Both the position numbers and the translations under genes were made by a program. Below, piece by piece: positions 43,086-53,774 of a stretch of 64,000 nucleotides of DNA (the first letter of the stretch is position 1; each line of letters opens with the position of its first letter). The stretch is from Acidobacteriota bacterium. Its GTDB lineage: Bacteria > Acidobacteriota > Thermoanaerobaculia > Multivoradales > Multivoraceae. The stretch spans positions 3,514 to 67,513 of the forward strand of contig JAJCXN010000003.1 in assembly GCA_029263415.1 (NCBI GenBank), written 5' to 3'. Below the pieces are notes generated by a model. It had not been told where the DNA came from. It saw only the letters and a list, made by a program, of their open reading frames with translations, and searched no databases.

Positions 43086-43231
43086 ACTGCTGGCGCCGCG
43101 AGCCGTCCACACGAGGAACCTCGGGTCATGCCATCTACTTCCATTTCGGCGGACTCGATCTATGCCCAAGAGATCGCGTGACCCACGCGAAGCCCTGAAG
43201 AGCCACCAAGTAGAGGTACCCGCCAGGATGC

Positions 43232-43345
43232 ACCGGAGTACTCTTCCCATGTTTCAATAGACGCGGGTGGCAAGCGCAGGCCGCTCAAACAGCACTTTCT
43301 TGGATACGTCGTCGGGGCGTTCAAACGATCTGCCGATCCGTTCGA
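43232..43345 (+). repeat. Second copy of the ~120-bp repeat seen at 19885-20005, followed by a CTCCGATT-like tandem and a diverged core-like segment (GTGAACATCAGAACCG at 43397-43412).
   Basis: GGAGTACTCTTCCCATGTTTCAATAGACGCGGGTGGCAAGCGCAGG...CTTGGATACGTCGTCGGGG...GATCTGCCGATCCGTTCGACACCTC. Confidence 0.6.
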
Positions 43346-43474
43346 CACCTCCGATTGGCAACCTCCGATTCTCCTCTGGCAACGCCGGAGATTGAGACAA
43401 CGATGGGTAGTGAACATCAGAACCGCTCCTGACGTGAATCAAAGGAGAATGAAGCGGAGCCCTAGCCAACCTAC

Positions 43475-44824
43475 TCAGTTCCCAGTGATCGTCTTGCGTA
43501 GTGACTTCAGATCGATGGCCGCCAACACGCTGATGCGAATGTCTGACGGCCCGTCACCGCTTTTCGGAATATCGGCGAAAAGCCGCGTCGCTAGCCGCGC
43601 TGTCTCATTGCCCAATCTCGGAAACTCAAGCTGGGCTTCAAAAAAGTAGCGGTCACGCTCGTCACGCTGAACAACTTCCGGGTCAGTGCTTGGATCGCCA
43701 TCGGCATCGATCGATTCTTCAAACTGCCAGATGTCATCCCGCGCCATTCCGAACTGAACGAACCCGGTGGTCCCGCCAAAGTTCACCGGATCAAGTTTGC
43801 GATTATAGGAGTTCACCTGCCAACGAGCACCATAGAAGTACCGCTCCTTGGCTTCCACCGAGCTTCCGCTTCCGCCAGAAAACGTCGAGAAGCCGATGCC
43901 ACCCACCAGGCCGAACGACGGTGGATACAGCGGGTTTCCCTTAATCGTCGATTTTGGGTAGTAGACCGCATAAGCGTTGCCGCGGACGATCGATCCGCCT
44001 TCAGCGAACGGGTTGAAGATCTCTGGTGCTGCAGGCATCTCCGGCATTGCCGTCTCGGCCTCAGGCATCATCATTTCCTCATCTGGTGGAGGCGTCTCTT
44101 TGATGGCTGCGATCTCGGACAATCGGATGTCAACAACGCCTGTAATGCTCCTCGTCCAGCGCGACGTCGCGATCAGAGCGAGTTCGAGAGCACCATCGAA
44201 GCCATCGTCTTTGTTCCGCGAGAACACAGTGCCTGCATCGATCTTGAGCAACTGTTTCTCGAACGCGATCAGATAGGCCTGACCTTGGCGTCGTGCGGCG
44301 CAGACCTTGCCTTGCTCTTGCATGTGCTCTGTCCATTTCCGGTCTGCTTCCTCAGCCTCCTCTACGGTCTCCCCTTCCGCCGGTTCTCTCTTGCGCATGA
44401 GCTCATCGAAAGACTCAAAGGTCACACTCAGCACGTTGTCCAAGTAGAAGTCGAATCCTCCGAGTTCAACCGGAATCTCAAGAGTGCCGGGCAAAACGTG
44501 AAACCGACGGTCGGCCATTGGAGCGCTGGAGGCCCGCAGATGAGGCGGCACCATCACATCGATCGGCTGGGATCTTTGGCCGTCCGTTGTGCCTTGCAAT
44601 TGGAACTCGAAGTACCCCTCGGACTCCACTTTCACCACTAGCGTGGACTGGAATGGGCTTTGAAGCACAAGATCAAAGGCCGGCACATCACACACCATGC
44701 CCGCGCTTTGGCCAAACGACGGTGCGGCAACAACACCAGCAACGAGAGCCACGAGGAGTAAAGCCAACAACATTGACTTTGGTAGTGACTTCGAACATCT
44801 GGATCGGTCGCGGTTTACGTTCAT
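43475..44824 (-). CDS. Secreted hypothetical protein (~450 aa) with an acidic Met/Pro/Glu-rich linker; possible outer-membrane/periplasmic protein.
   Basis: Signal peptide ...KSLPKSMLLALLLVALVAGVVAAPSFGQ. Long ORF. No known motif. Start at ATG 44824 (GTG 44833 also possible). Confidence 0.5.
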   Translation of the reverse strand: MNVNRDRSRCSKSLPKSMLLALLLVALVAGVVAAPSFGQSAGMVCDVPAFDLVLQSPFQSTLVVKVESEGYFEFQLQGTTDGQRSQPIDVMVPPHLRASSAPMADRRFHVLPGTLEIPVELGGFDFYLDNVLSVTFESFDELMRKREPAEGETVEEAEEADRKWTEHMQEQGKVCAARRQGQAYLIAFEKQLLKIDAGTVFSRNKDDGFDGALELALIATSRWTRSITGVVDIRLSEIAAIKETPPPDEEMMMPEAETAMPEMPAAPEIFNPFAEGGSIVRGNAYAVYYPKSTIKGNPLYPPSFGLVGGIGFSTFSGGSGSSVEAKERYFYGARWQVNSYNRKLDPVNFGGTTGFVQFGMARDDIWQFEESIDADGDPSTDPEVVQRDERDRYFFEAQLEFPRLGNETARLATRLFADIPKSGDGPSDIRISVLAAIDLKSLRKTITGN

Positions 44825-45033
44825 CAATCTCACAGGCTGTCTCCTTGTTCTTGTTCTGGTCCATCACGTTCGAAAGAGCACTACGAAACGTTTCCTGTAG
44901 CGATTCGCTCTCAGTGGGGTTAGACGGACAAGTTCCGCGTTTTCAACGAAAACCAACATGGCCCGCTCGTTGGTCTCCGGAACGAGATCGGATCGTTCAC
45001 CTCCGCCGTGGAGCCGAGTGCTACGCTCGCTCC

Positions 45034-46209
45034 ATGACCGCTCGCCTTCAACTTCAGGCACACTCGCGCACCAAAGCCAGACGAGTGAGGTTGGCACTGC
45101 GTCCGCTCATTTGCGCTGTCGGACTCTCGCTGGGCTGCGGTCACACAATCCGCATGGAAACAATGGACGGTCGTGCGGCGAATTTCGACTTTCGTTCGTT
45201 TCAGTGTGAGCTACGAGCCGCAGCGCCCGCGACAGCTGCAGACCTTACGATTCGATACCTAGGTGTATCCGGTATCTACTTTGAGTGGCAGGGCGTCGGC
45301 TTGCTTTCAGCACCCTTCTTCTCGCATCAGGGTTTACTGCGCGTCGCCACAGGCAAGGGTCGTGTCAACAAGGAAGCCATCCGGAAAGGGATGGCTGGAG
45401 TACCCCGTGGTGCCGCCGCGGCGATGCTGATCGGTCACGCACATCACGACCACTTACTCGATGTGCCACACATTGCCCAACAGCATCCCGAAGCGATGAT
45501 TTATGGGAACCTCACAGCGACCAACCTGCTAGCGGGCACCGGCGATCTAGCGACCCGAACGAAAAGCCTCAATCAGCGCCTCGGCAGCTGGATTCAGCTC
45601 TCAGACCCGAACGGAATCGCACTTCCAATTCGCTTCATGGCAGTTCCATCGCCTCACGCCAGGCAGGGACCACTCTTCCACTGGGCACCCGGGTCCGTGA
45701 ACACAGCCAATCCAGACGGTCTCAGCCAGGTGCCCCTCCGCAATTTTAAGCAAGGGCAACCGCTCGCTTTCGTGGTCGATTTCCTCAATCCTAAGCGGGG
45801 AGATGTCGCTGTCAGGGTCTATCTCCAAGACGCCGCAACAGAAAGGAGTGGCCTGTCTCCGACGCAAGCTCACCCCGCACTCACAGAGCGCCCATTCGAC
45901 TTAGCAGTCCTCTGTATCGCATCCTTCCATCTGACTGATGGCTTTCCGGAAGGCCTCCTGTCTGACCTCGAACCGCGCCACGTCATGGTGACTCACTATC
46001 GCGACTTCTTTAGACCGCCTCACAAGCCAGTCCGTTTCGTGCCGATGCTGACGAACCGGAGGGCCAACCGATTCTTGGAGCGGGTAGCCGCTTCACTGAA
46101 AGCCCAGGAACGACCAGCGCTGCAGTGGTCAGCCCCTAGCTGCGGGCCGTCAGGACCGGGTTGGACCATGCCCGTCCCAGGCGAGCTACTCCAGCTAAAA
46201 ACGCCCTAG
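45034..46209 (+). CDS. Metallo-beta-lactamase-fold hydrolase, probable lipoprotein.
   Basis: ATG at 45034. Lipobox-like ...ICAVGLSLGCGHT. HxHxDH motif in LIGHAHHDHLLD. Confidence 0.6.
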   Translation: MTARLQLQAHSRTKARRVRLALRPLICAVGLSLGCGHTIRMETMDGRAANFDFRSFQCELRAAAPATAADLTIRYLGVSGIYFEWQGVGLLSAPFFSHQGLLRVATGKGRVNKEAIRKGMAGVPRGAAAAMLIGHAHHDHLLDVPHIAQQHPEAMIYGNLTATNLLAGTGDLATRTKSLNQRLGSWIQLSDPNGIALPIRFMAVPSPHARQGPLFHWAPGSVNTANPDGLSQVPLRNFKQGQPLAFVVDFLNPKRGDVAVRVYLQDAATERSGLSPTQAHPALTERPFDLAVLCIASFHLTDGFPEGLLSDLEPRHVMVTHYRDFFRPPHKPVRFVPMLTNRRANRFLERVAASLKAQERPALQWSAPSCGPSGPGWTMPVPGELLQLKTP

Positions 46210-46341
46210 GTCCAAGAGGCGAGCCAGAGACCGAATCTTCGAGACGCGTCCGTCTCACTCCTTGAGGCTACCCTCGCTCATGTGGTGTCAAAAGGAACGG
46301 CCTAAACTTGAAGTCACAATTCAGGATGGAGGAAGAACAGC

Positions 46342-48303
46342 GTGCAAAACAAGCTGCGTTCTTGGGTACTCGCAACTATCGTCGGTGTCATCCTTCTGGC
46401 TGCAGGATCTAGTTTCACCCACGCCTACCAAGGAAACGAGCACATAGCAGCCTCCAATCTGGGATTTGAACTCGCCCTGATGAGCCTGCTTGAACAGGGA
46501 GTTCTCAGTACAGCCGAGGCCGAAGAGTTGCGCGACAGCTATCTCGGCTGCGCACTGGCCCGGTCGAACAGGCGAGACTGTGTCCCCTTTGGCGCTATTA
46601 ACTCAGCAGTTGACCGTGTCTTCAGGCCTGAGGCACTTGTACCCGTCGAGTTCCTACATGACGCAACATCGAATGTTCGCAATCAACTCGCGGCAAGCCT
46701 TCCTGCCTGGGCTCCCGAGCGTTGTGGCCAGTTCCGCCATCTCGTCCCGGTCCCAGAGGTGCTTGACGAAATGCGCAACTTCAGGTCCAGAAACGAGAAC
46801 GTGTTCGAACCCTTCCCATTTGGTGTTGGCCGAGTTGCACGTAAAACCTGGCCATGGATGAGGCTGCTGATCGTTCACCAGAACACCAATCACTTTGAAG
46901 CGTGTGCGGCTGCAAAGTACTCCCAGCTTCATGCTCTCGCGCTGGAACTGGCTCGACCCAGCAATGGCGCGCCGTACGAGTCGAACCTGGCCGCTGCCTT
47001 GTTCGCTGAAGGAGCCGCTCAACACTTCCTCCAAGACGCAATCGCGCCCGGTCACCTCATGACCGCCCGTGGCAACGCTTCTGATTTGATTGGGCGCTTT
47101 CTGCACAACCGCAACAACCGCCAGCTTCTGCTCGGCCGCTTTGACTCCAATGACTGGCAGCCTTGGGCGGACCGTATCGACAAACTCCTATCAGCCCAGT
47201 CGCCAGACTGCCCAAACCTCACCAAGACTTCTGACCCAATCGAGTCCGCGCTATGTCGGCTTCCCGACGAACCACTCACCCAGCTACGCGACTGGAACGC
47301 ACCAGACGAGATCGAGCGGCGCTCTAAAGACCTGGGGCCACTCGCTACACTCCGACGAGGACCGCCGATCAAGAAACAGGCCGATGTGGCCAGGACAGAA
47401 CTCGAACAGATTGGAAAGACCGAAACCACTTGCGGTTCGCAACCTTGCAGCTCGATCGGCATGCTTGGCGATGGCGACGCATCCCACAACCGTGTGTTCG
47501 TCGCTCTTGCGGTACTCAGCGCCCGCTCTGTAGAAGAGGTCCTTCTGCACCACACAAGGCCAGATTCTGACCTTGCCTCAAACCCTATGGGATTCTGGTT
47601 TCGCTTGTGGAGCGCGGAAGCGACGGAAAACGGCCTCCCCAACGAAGAAACGCTTCAGCGGCCTGGAATGGCGATGACCTCGTCTTCGACCGGCATCGCC
47701 ACTGAACCGAACGCAGCGTTCCCCTATGAGACGTTCTTTGGCTTCCATCCAACCGAAAGCGGAAACCTTGATCGCTTCGGTTGGAGCCCTGGTCCGGGTG
47801 AGGTCTCGCTTTCATTTCTCAAGAGTGGCGCGGACGATCAAGAGGGGATGCGCTACGAGGCAAGCTGGCTCTTTGGGAGTCCACGCGAAGAAGATATCTG
47901 CCGCAACCCAGCGACGCAGGAGGGTGGCTGCACCGAGACCGGAAATCGCTTCACCCAGGTCTACGGTTCCTTAGTCAATGGTCCTGTCCTCTCCTGGTCC
48001 ATGAGCTACGAAGACTGGAACCACTTCGACGCCTACGGCCCCAAGCTTCGCTGGTGGTCGCATCTGAAGAGTGCAGGAGGACCTCGCATCGACTTTCTCT
48101 GGGGAGTTGATCTCGGTCTCAAGCGTTACACCAACGCCGCCAGAACCACCGACCGACTTGTCTGGGGCGGACACATCGCGACAGGCTTCTCCATCGTCTT
48201 CCTGGATCTTGGCATCGAACGGGGAAGCGTCCTCAACCGAGCTGGCGAACAGATGCGAAGCACCAACACGTCACTGTCGCTTCGGATTCAGCTGCCCTTC
48301 TAG
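46342..48303 (+). CDS. Secreted protein with a zinc-dependent phospholipase C / S1-P1 nuclease-like N-terminal fold (putative) and a C-terminal domain of unknown function.
   Basis: Signal peptide MQNKLRSWVLATIVGVILLAAGSSFTHA. GAAQHFLQDAIAPGHL resembles the H..GD..P.H zinc-ligand block of PLC/P1 nucleases. Functional call is tentative. Confidence 0.4.
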   Translation: MQNKLRSWVLATIVGVILLAAGSSFTHAYQGNEHIAASNLGFELALMSLLEQGVLSTAEAEELRDSYLGCALARSNRRDCVPFGAINSAVDRVFRPEALVPVEFLHDATSNVRNQLAASLPAWAPERCGQFRHLVPVPEVLDEMRNFRSRNENVFEPFPFGVGRVARKTWPWMRLLIVHQNTNHFEACAAAKYSQLHALALELARPSNGAPYESNLAAALFAEGAAQHFLQDAIAPGHLMTARGNASDLIGRFLHNRNNRQLLLGRFDSNDWQPWADRIDKLLSAQSPDCPNLTKTSDPIESALCRLPDEPLTQLRDWNAPDEIERRSKDLGPLATLRRGPPIKKQADVARTELEQIGKTETTCGSQPCSSIGMLGDGDASHNRVFVALAVLSARSVEEVLLHHTRPDSDLASNPMGFWFRLWSAEATENGLPNEETLQRPGMAMTSSSTGIATEPNAAFPYETFFGFHPTESGNLDRFGWSPGPGEVSLSFLKSGADDQEGMRYEASWLFGSPREEDICRNPATQEGGCTETGNRFTQVYGSLVNGPVLSWSMSYEDWNHFDAYGPKLRWWSHLKSAGGPRIDFLWGVDLGLKRYTNAARTTDRLVWGGHIATGFSIVFLDLGIERGSVLNRAGEQMRSTNTSLSLRIQLPF

Positions 48304-49039
48304 GCGCAGCTGCCCTTCGAAGCATCATCCGGCGAAACTGCCAGTCAAGCTCTGAAAATGGATATCAATCAGCGAAAGCAAGCAGATAGCAGCAGAGGTC
48401 ACGGGCTTCCTGGTGTTTCCAGACAAGAGAGCAAACGGATCGTAAGGACGCTCGCGGCCACCCTGTCGAAGTCGTCAAACCAAGATGGGCGGGTGCCTAC
48501 TCCTCGGACCCGCGCGCCAGAAGCAACCGGATGGCAGGAAGCAACCTTCTGGAAACTCCTGGAACCCTTCAGCGATCCTGGCCCGAAGACGGCGTGATAC
48601 GCGCTCGGATCGGTCCACCCAATCGTCCCATTCGATCTACCACACTTGCCACGTCTCCTCGCTCGGCATGGACCTCCGAAGGAGGTCGTTCTTCGCTGAT
48701 CGCGGCTGGGAGGCAAGCAACAGCAAACGCACTTTGACGACCGAAAGCGCCTGCAGTCGGCACAGTTCCAGAGAGTGTTCGACCATCAACAGCCCGGTCT
48801 TCACCGCTGTTCGCCTTGCCCTAACCACAAACATCCACGCCCGCGCCACCGCGGCAAACTAGGCACCGCCGATCTACTTAGGTTTGTCGAAGAACCTGGC
48901 CCTCCTCTTTAAACAATTGGACTCGCTCAAACATTCGGGCAGCTTTTTTTTGTGTGTGGGGGGCACCTTTTGTCGACTCCGGCACCTGGCGTCCCGGCAG
49001 TCGTCCGCCAACGGGTTGCCATCGCCTAATGCCTACAAG

Positions 49040-49882
49040 TCAGGGACTCGTTGACGACCACTGAGTGGTGTCGCCACTCTCGAATCCGTCAACGAACAAG
49101 ATTTCCCTAATGTCCCAGAAGACAACTATCTCCGCGAGATCGTAGCCCGCGATCTCGACCGGCTCGCCTTCGACCTGGAACTGCAGGAGAACGGTCCCAG
49201 AAAGGGTGACACCGTCGGATAGATCGGCGCTCAACGCCGGATTACTGAAGATGAGGGATCCAACCACGTCATAGGCCTCCACCCCAACTCCCACCACGCT
49301 AAACGGGGCGTCTGGCTGGATCTGATTGCTGGCATCGAACGCCCCTACATCGAGCCTCCACGTGATCAGTGTTGCTCCTGCGTTGCCAACTTGCCCTGCC
49401 GCGACCCACGGTTCCCTACCCAAGGCGCTGTTAAGGGCGGTCACCCCTACTGAAACCCGGTCGATCCCTGGGCCGCCGTGATCGACCGAATACGTTTCAA
49501 GAACGCTGAACGTGCCACCTGCGGAGCCTCGAAAGTTCGCACCGATGTTGGTGGCTGTGCCATCAAAGGTCAGCGTCGTTTCCGTCGGTGAAGTCATGGC
49601 ATAAGCCCCCGTCGGCACCGCATCGTCTTGGACCACCGGAGCCAGCGAGTAGGTGTCCCCTGAAGGGTCAGCGACGCGCGAGGGCTGCTCGCTAGCGTCA
49701 AGTGGAGCCAGGATTGCGCCAATCGTCGACCGCTCCTTCCAGGCGCTGCTGCCGCCATACCAAGCTGCAGTGAGTTCGCGGCTAGCAGAGGGCGGATCAG
49801 GGACCAGAGTCAGGGATTGTGCGGTGATCGGTAAGGCAGCAGTGAAGGTCAGCAGTCCAGCCAAAATCAGTTTTCGTCTCAT
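49040..49882 (-). CDS. Secreted hypothetical protein carrying the C-terminal F.DGFE.G.T..W tag.
   Basis: ATG at 49882 after AGGAG. Signal peptide MRRKLILAGLLTFTAALPITAQ. Ends ...EILFVDGFESGDTTQWSSTSP. Confidence 0.6.
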   Translation of the reverse strand: MRRKLILAGLLTFTAALPITAQSLTLVPDPPSASRELTAAWYGGSSAWKERSTIGAILAPLDASEQPSRVADPSGDTYSLAPVVQDDAVPTGAYAMTSPTETTLTFDGTATNIGANFRGSAGGTFSVLETYSVDHGGPGIDRVSVGVTALNSALGREPWVAAGQVGNAGATLITWRLDVGAFDASNQIQPDAPFSVVGVGVEAYDVVGSLIFSNPALSADLSDGVTLSGTVLLQFQVEGEPVEIAGYDLAEIVVFWDIREILFVDGFESGDTTQWSSTSP

Positions 49883-50385
49883 TTCGATCTCCTGTCGGTG
49901 TGTTCGCCCCTTAGGGATCACCTCTTTGACCTGGAATCCTCTGGGAAAGTCGTGCGACAACAGCACGCTCTCCATCAAGGGCGGAGAAAACAGCATCTGG
50001 GTGACACTCGGGAACGAAAGAGGGTGACGCCCTCCTGACTCAGGCGCCCCCAAAACTCGCAGCCCGATCAGATGTCTGAGATCAGATGTCTGAGATCAGA
50101 GTTTGCTACTCAGCCACGCCGAAACTCTGCGCTCAGAACTCGTGCTCAAGAACCGAGGGCGCCGACCCTCGAACGGCAGTCTTTTCTCGGCGACGCTGGC
50201 ACCGCTTCTACGGATCCTGCGCCTTCTGACTAGAGAGGAGATCGCTGTCGGCCCTGAGGTCCGCTGCCGATCACGGCTCCATCCTCGGAGCCGCAGTCGC
50301 CGCCCTGCCACAAAGCACTGGTCTAGCGGGAAAGGTGCAGAGCGCTCCTCGTCACCAATTTCACCTTTTCCGAGGAGACTCAGCC

Positions 50386-51504
50386 ATGACCCACTCGCGA
50401 CTCGCCCTGCTTCTTGCACCTCGAACCTCATGGCGCGCGCTGGTCCTCTGCATCTGCGTGTGTGCCCTGGTGGCGGCTGCGCCCGCGACCGCCTCGCTCG
50501 CAACCAACGGAGACTTTTCGACGAATCTCTCGTCATGGTCACAGACCGGTTCTTGGCAGCACAATGACTCGGACGGTCTGTTCGACTCCACCTCCGCTGA
50601 GACCAGCGGCGGGGGTACAGCGACTCTCACGCAATGCGTGGAGTTCAGTCCTATCGTCCCGGGCGGCTCCATCGCGGTGCTCGCCAACGCCAAGACTCCG
50701 TTCCTGGATACTCCTGTGTCGGCGGGGCTCCAACTCTTCTCCTCGGACGATTGTACGACCGGCCCGCTGGTCAGCAGCCTTGACCGACGAGAGACCATTG
50801 GTGCGGTCGACGCGTGGCGATTCCTGTACACCACCGTCGCTTCGCCTGCGGGCACCTCCAGTGCTCTCATCACCCTGACCGCCGAGCACGATGCACGAGG
50901 CATGGCCACCACGAGATTCGATCTCATCTCCTTGTACCATGACCTGGTGAGAGGCGGGAACTTCAACAGCGCAGCGTTCTTGGACCCCTTCTACCAGCCC
51001 TCCGGAACGTGGGGTTGGGTCGAGAACGAAGGCATCAGTCGACCCGATGCGAACTCCCCGCCACTCGGCGCCGCGCAGGGGACCATCGCTGCCAACGGTT
51101 CGATCAAGCTCGGCCAGTGCTTGACCAGAGCCACTGGACCGCTCAACTCGTTCGGATACTCCCTCCTTCGCATCAATGCCGGAACCAACTGGACCCCAGG
51201 GTTCGACGGCAGCTACGACTATCGGATCACCTTTCGGTTCCACGATGCAGCAGACTGCTTGGGGAATCAGATCGACGTGGTCTCACCTTGGGTGGAACCC
51301 ATGGCCGACGACGAATGGTGGCACTTCTTCAATGTGATCCCGATTCCAACGGACGCGGTCAGTTGGCGGATGGAGGTGGAATTAGAAGCCGGCCAGGGGG
51401 TCGAGGGCGAGACCTTCATGGTGGACGATCTTGTCTTCGCCGTACCCAACTTCGGGATCTTCTTCGATGGCTTTGAGAATGGCAGCACGTCAGCCTGGAA
51501 CTGA
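50386..51504 (+). CDS. Secreted hypothetical protein carrying the C-terminal F.DGFE.G.T..W tag.
   Basis: ATG at 50386. Signal peptide MTHSRLALLLAPRTSWRALVLCICVCALVAAAPATAS. Ends ...GIFFDGFENGSTSAWN. Confidence 0.6.
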   Translation: MTHSRLALLLAPRTSWRALVLCICVCALVAAAPATASLATNGDFSTNLSSWSQTGSWQHNDSDGLFDSTSAETSGGGTATLTQCVEFSPIVPGGSIAVLANAKTPFLDTPVSAGLQLFSSDDCTTGPLVSSLDRRETIGAVDAWRFLYTTVASPAGTSSALITLTAEHDARGMATTRFDLISLYHDLVRGGNFNSAAFLDPFYQPSGTWGWVENEGISRPDANSPPLGAAQGTIAANGSIKLGQCLTRATGPLNSFGYSLLRINAGTNWTPGFDGSYDYRITFRFHDAADCLGNQIDVVSPWVEPMADDEWWHFFNVIPIPTDAVSWRMEVELEAGQGVEGETFMVDDLVFAVPNFGIFFDGFENGSTSAWN

Positions 51505-51981
51505 CCAGCCCCGAAGGCTCTCCGGACTCCGATGCGCGTGCGTACTAAGACCGCGCTGTAGTACCTCACTAGATACATCGCGGGAACGGTTCGCAGAGAA
51601 AACAGATCGATTCACGCGCCGGTCCGGCGTGGTGCTCGGTAGTGCCTCAACGCGCGTTTGGCGGCTTCCCTCGGGCCCCAATAGACCTGTTCTGGGTCCG
51701 GGGTGTCGCCGATAGTCGGAGACTGGCGTGGATCCGGCCGAAGCCCCTGACTCCTTCCCCTCCTCAACAGCGTGGCCCTTGCTGCGATGATCCGCCAACC
51801 ACCACTACTAGCACTGCCTAGCACGAGCCGAGCGCGCTTCTGGTGATTGTGCAATGGCCGATTTCAATGCTATGTTGCTAGTTACAATTCATCAGGAATG
51901 AGTGATTTCGATCCCCAAGCGCCGCGACGGAGGAAGGGCGCGGGAGCGAAGTCTCGCGTTCCTCGAAGGGAGGTAGCGACA

Positions 51982-52725
51982 ATGTCGAACGAGGCCGTCC
52001 GCAAGGCTCTGTGGTGGATCTGTTTGGTCGTGGCACCCCTGGTGCTCCTGGTCATCGAGCTCTATCATCCGGCCGGGTTCACCAGCGACCCTGGGATGTT
52101 CGAGTACTTGCACAAGGCACAGCCGTATGATCCTCAGTTCAAGGCGTTGGCGTATCCAGGGCCGCATTGGTGGTTTGCACTGCACATGATCCAGACGCCG
52201 CTAGTGGCGATGGTGGCGGTGGGTCTCTGGCTCGTGGCTCGACGAGTCGACAGGAATGACGGCAGCCTCGCGGTGGTTTCGAGCTGGCTCTCGCGGGTCG
52301 CGACGTTTGTCTTTCTCATCTACTACACATCGCTCGACTCGATCGGGGGTAGCGGCCTCGGGCGGGCGCTCATTCATACCAACGAACTCGCTGCCAGTGG
52401 TGCGCTCACACCCGAGCAGGTGAAAGGCGTCGAGTTGGTCCTCAACACCAACTGGGCAGACGCCTGGGTCGGCGGGGTCGGGTCGTTCATCAGTCTGACC
52501 GGCTCTTGGGCTGTATTCGCCTCGACCGTGCTACTGGCCCTTGCTCTGCTGGTGGGCAAGAAGGCTCCATGGCCGGCCTTGGTCCTGCTCCTGGTCTTCG
52601 GGTGGGAATTGCAGATGAGCCATACCAATCCTCACGGCCCGATTGCCTTCGGTGCGCTAGCTGTGGCGGCCGTGTGGATCTGGTCTTCGGATCGTAGGTC
52701 AGCGTCGATGGCAGCAACGATGTAG
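51982..52725 (+). CDS. Integral membrane protein of unknown function (multiple TM helices).
   Basis: ATG at 51982 after GGGAGG. Six or more hydrophobic helices (LWWICLVVAPLVLLVIEL, MVAVGLWLVA, VATFVFLIYY, FISLTGSWAVFASTVLLALALLV, ...). Confidence 0.55.
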   Translation: MSNEAVRKALWWICLVVAPLVLLVIELYHPAGFTSDPGMFEYLHKAQPYDPQFKALAYPGPHWWFALHMIQTPLVAMVAVGLWLVARRVDRNDGSLAVVSSWLSRVATFVFLIYYTSLDSIGGSGLGRALIHTNELAASGALTPEQVKGVELVLNTNWADAWVGGVGSFISLTGSWAVFASTVLLALALLVGKKAPWPALVLLLVFGWELQMSHTNPHGPIAFGALAVAAVWIWSSDRRSASMAATM

Positions 52726-53051
52726 GCGCGGCGCCGTTCACTCAGCGCGCAAAACCAACGCCCGGTAGCGATCGGAGAAACTCTCAGCCGATACCGACAT
52801 CGGTGCCATTCTCCTTTGTCAGCAGGTTGATCAATACCGCAGCACTAGTACCAGTGGCGCAGTAGCAGTGGCGGGACAAACCCGCAGCTTCAAGGTCAAC
52901 CCGCCTCTAAACCATCCGGCGAGGCCGAGGACCAACAACTTGAGTAGCCAGGTCAACGTCTTCCAGAGAGCTTCTCAACCGCTAGGAGACCTGAGGCTAA
53001 GGTTGCGGAGCGTGCCAACCAAGCTCTAACCAGCCGAGTTGGTTCCATCGA

Positions 53052-53774
53052 TCAGTTCTGCCAACGCGGCCGGTTTGCGATGGTCTCAAGCAGTTCGAAG
53101 TAGTAATCCCGGGTGATGAAGGCCTTCTCGGGCTGCAGAGTTGCTGGAAACATGAGAGATGTCAGCGACTCTTCCTCGCCATTGCCCTCGGTCGACGACT
53201 TGTTCCAACCACTCGCGCCGTCGCGCGCCAGACGGAAGCCCTCAATGCCATCGTGCTTGAGAGTCGACCCGAGATTGCGGAGCTGTCTTAGAGACTGCAA
53301 AGCTCTCCCCCGGGGATCGTAGCCTCCGGTCGCATCAGTATCTGGTTTGTGATTCAGTCCCAAACTGCGGCCGATCTCGTGCACGGCACCCATGGTGGAC
53401 CAACCAATCGTCACCGGATCGTCCGCCACCCCCATGGCCACGATCTCGGGGAGCCCAGCCGCAGGATCGCTGACGAGATGTCTCCAGCCGCCCGCCGAGC
53501 ACCTCTGCGGGTGCGAAGTAGAGAACGACATCGGCGCTCGAGCCCGAAGAGTAGAGGCTACGAAGGGCCGACGGAATGCAGCCATCGACCGCTGGATCTG
53601 GGCAGTGGCCAGCGAGATGAGTCTCCCAGTCCATCGAACCCCGGGCGGCGAACTGGCCCGGTCGGAAGCGCACGTCGGCGAAGGGGAACAGTTGCCAGGC
53701 GTAGGTCTCGGCCGCAGCGGCAATACGCTGAGCGACGTCGATGAGGTGGCGATGACCGCCACCGGCCCAATCAC
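53052..53774 (-). CDS. Metzincin-like domain encoded in an alternative frame overlapping the 3' end of the PKD gene, HExxRxxGxxH (second His replaced by Arg). Probable frameshifted continuation of 53335-56148.
   Basis: ...EIVAMGVADDPVTIGWSTMGAVHEIGRSLGLNHKPD... The listed ORF overlaps 53335-53774 of the PKD ORF in another frame. The PKD ORF ends shortly after the overlap. Confidence 0.4.
   Translation of the reverse strand: MIGPVAVIATSSTSLSVLPLRPRPTPGNCSPSPTCASDRASSPPGVRWTGRLISLATAQIQRSMAAFRRPFVASTLRARAPMSFSTSHPQRCSAGGWRHLVSDPAAGLPEIVAMGVADDPVTIGWSTMGAVHEIGRSLGLNHKPDTDATGGYDPRGRALQSLRQLRNLGSTLKHDGIEGFRLARDGASGWNKSSTEGNGEEESLTSLMFPATLQPEKAFITRDYYFELLETIANRPRWQN

Noticed and set aside
48358-48900. 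Several 60-125-aa ORFs in the 48.3-49.0 kb intergenic region.
   Set aside because: Mutually overlapping, no RBS or motif support. Region more likely non-coding (3' UTRs of convergent genes). Kept unannotated.
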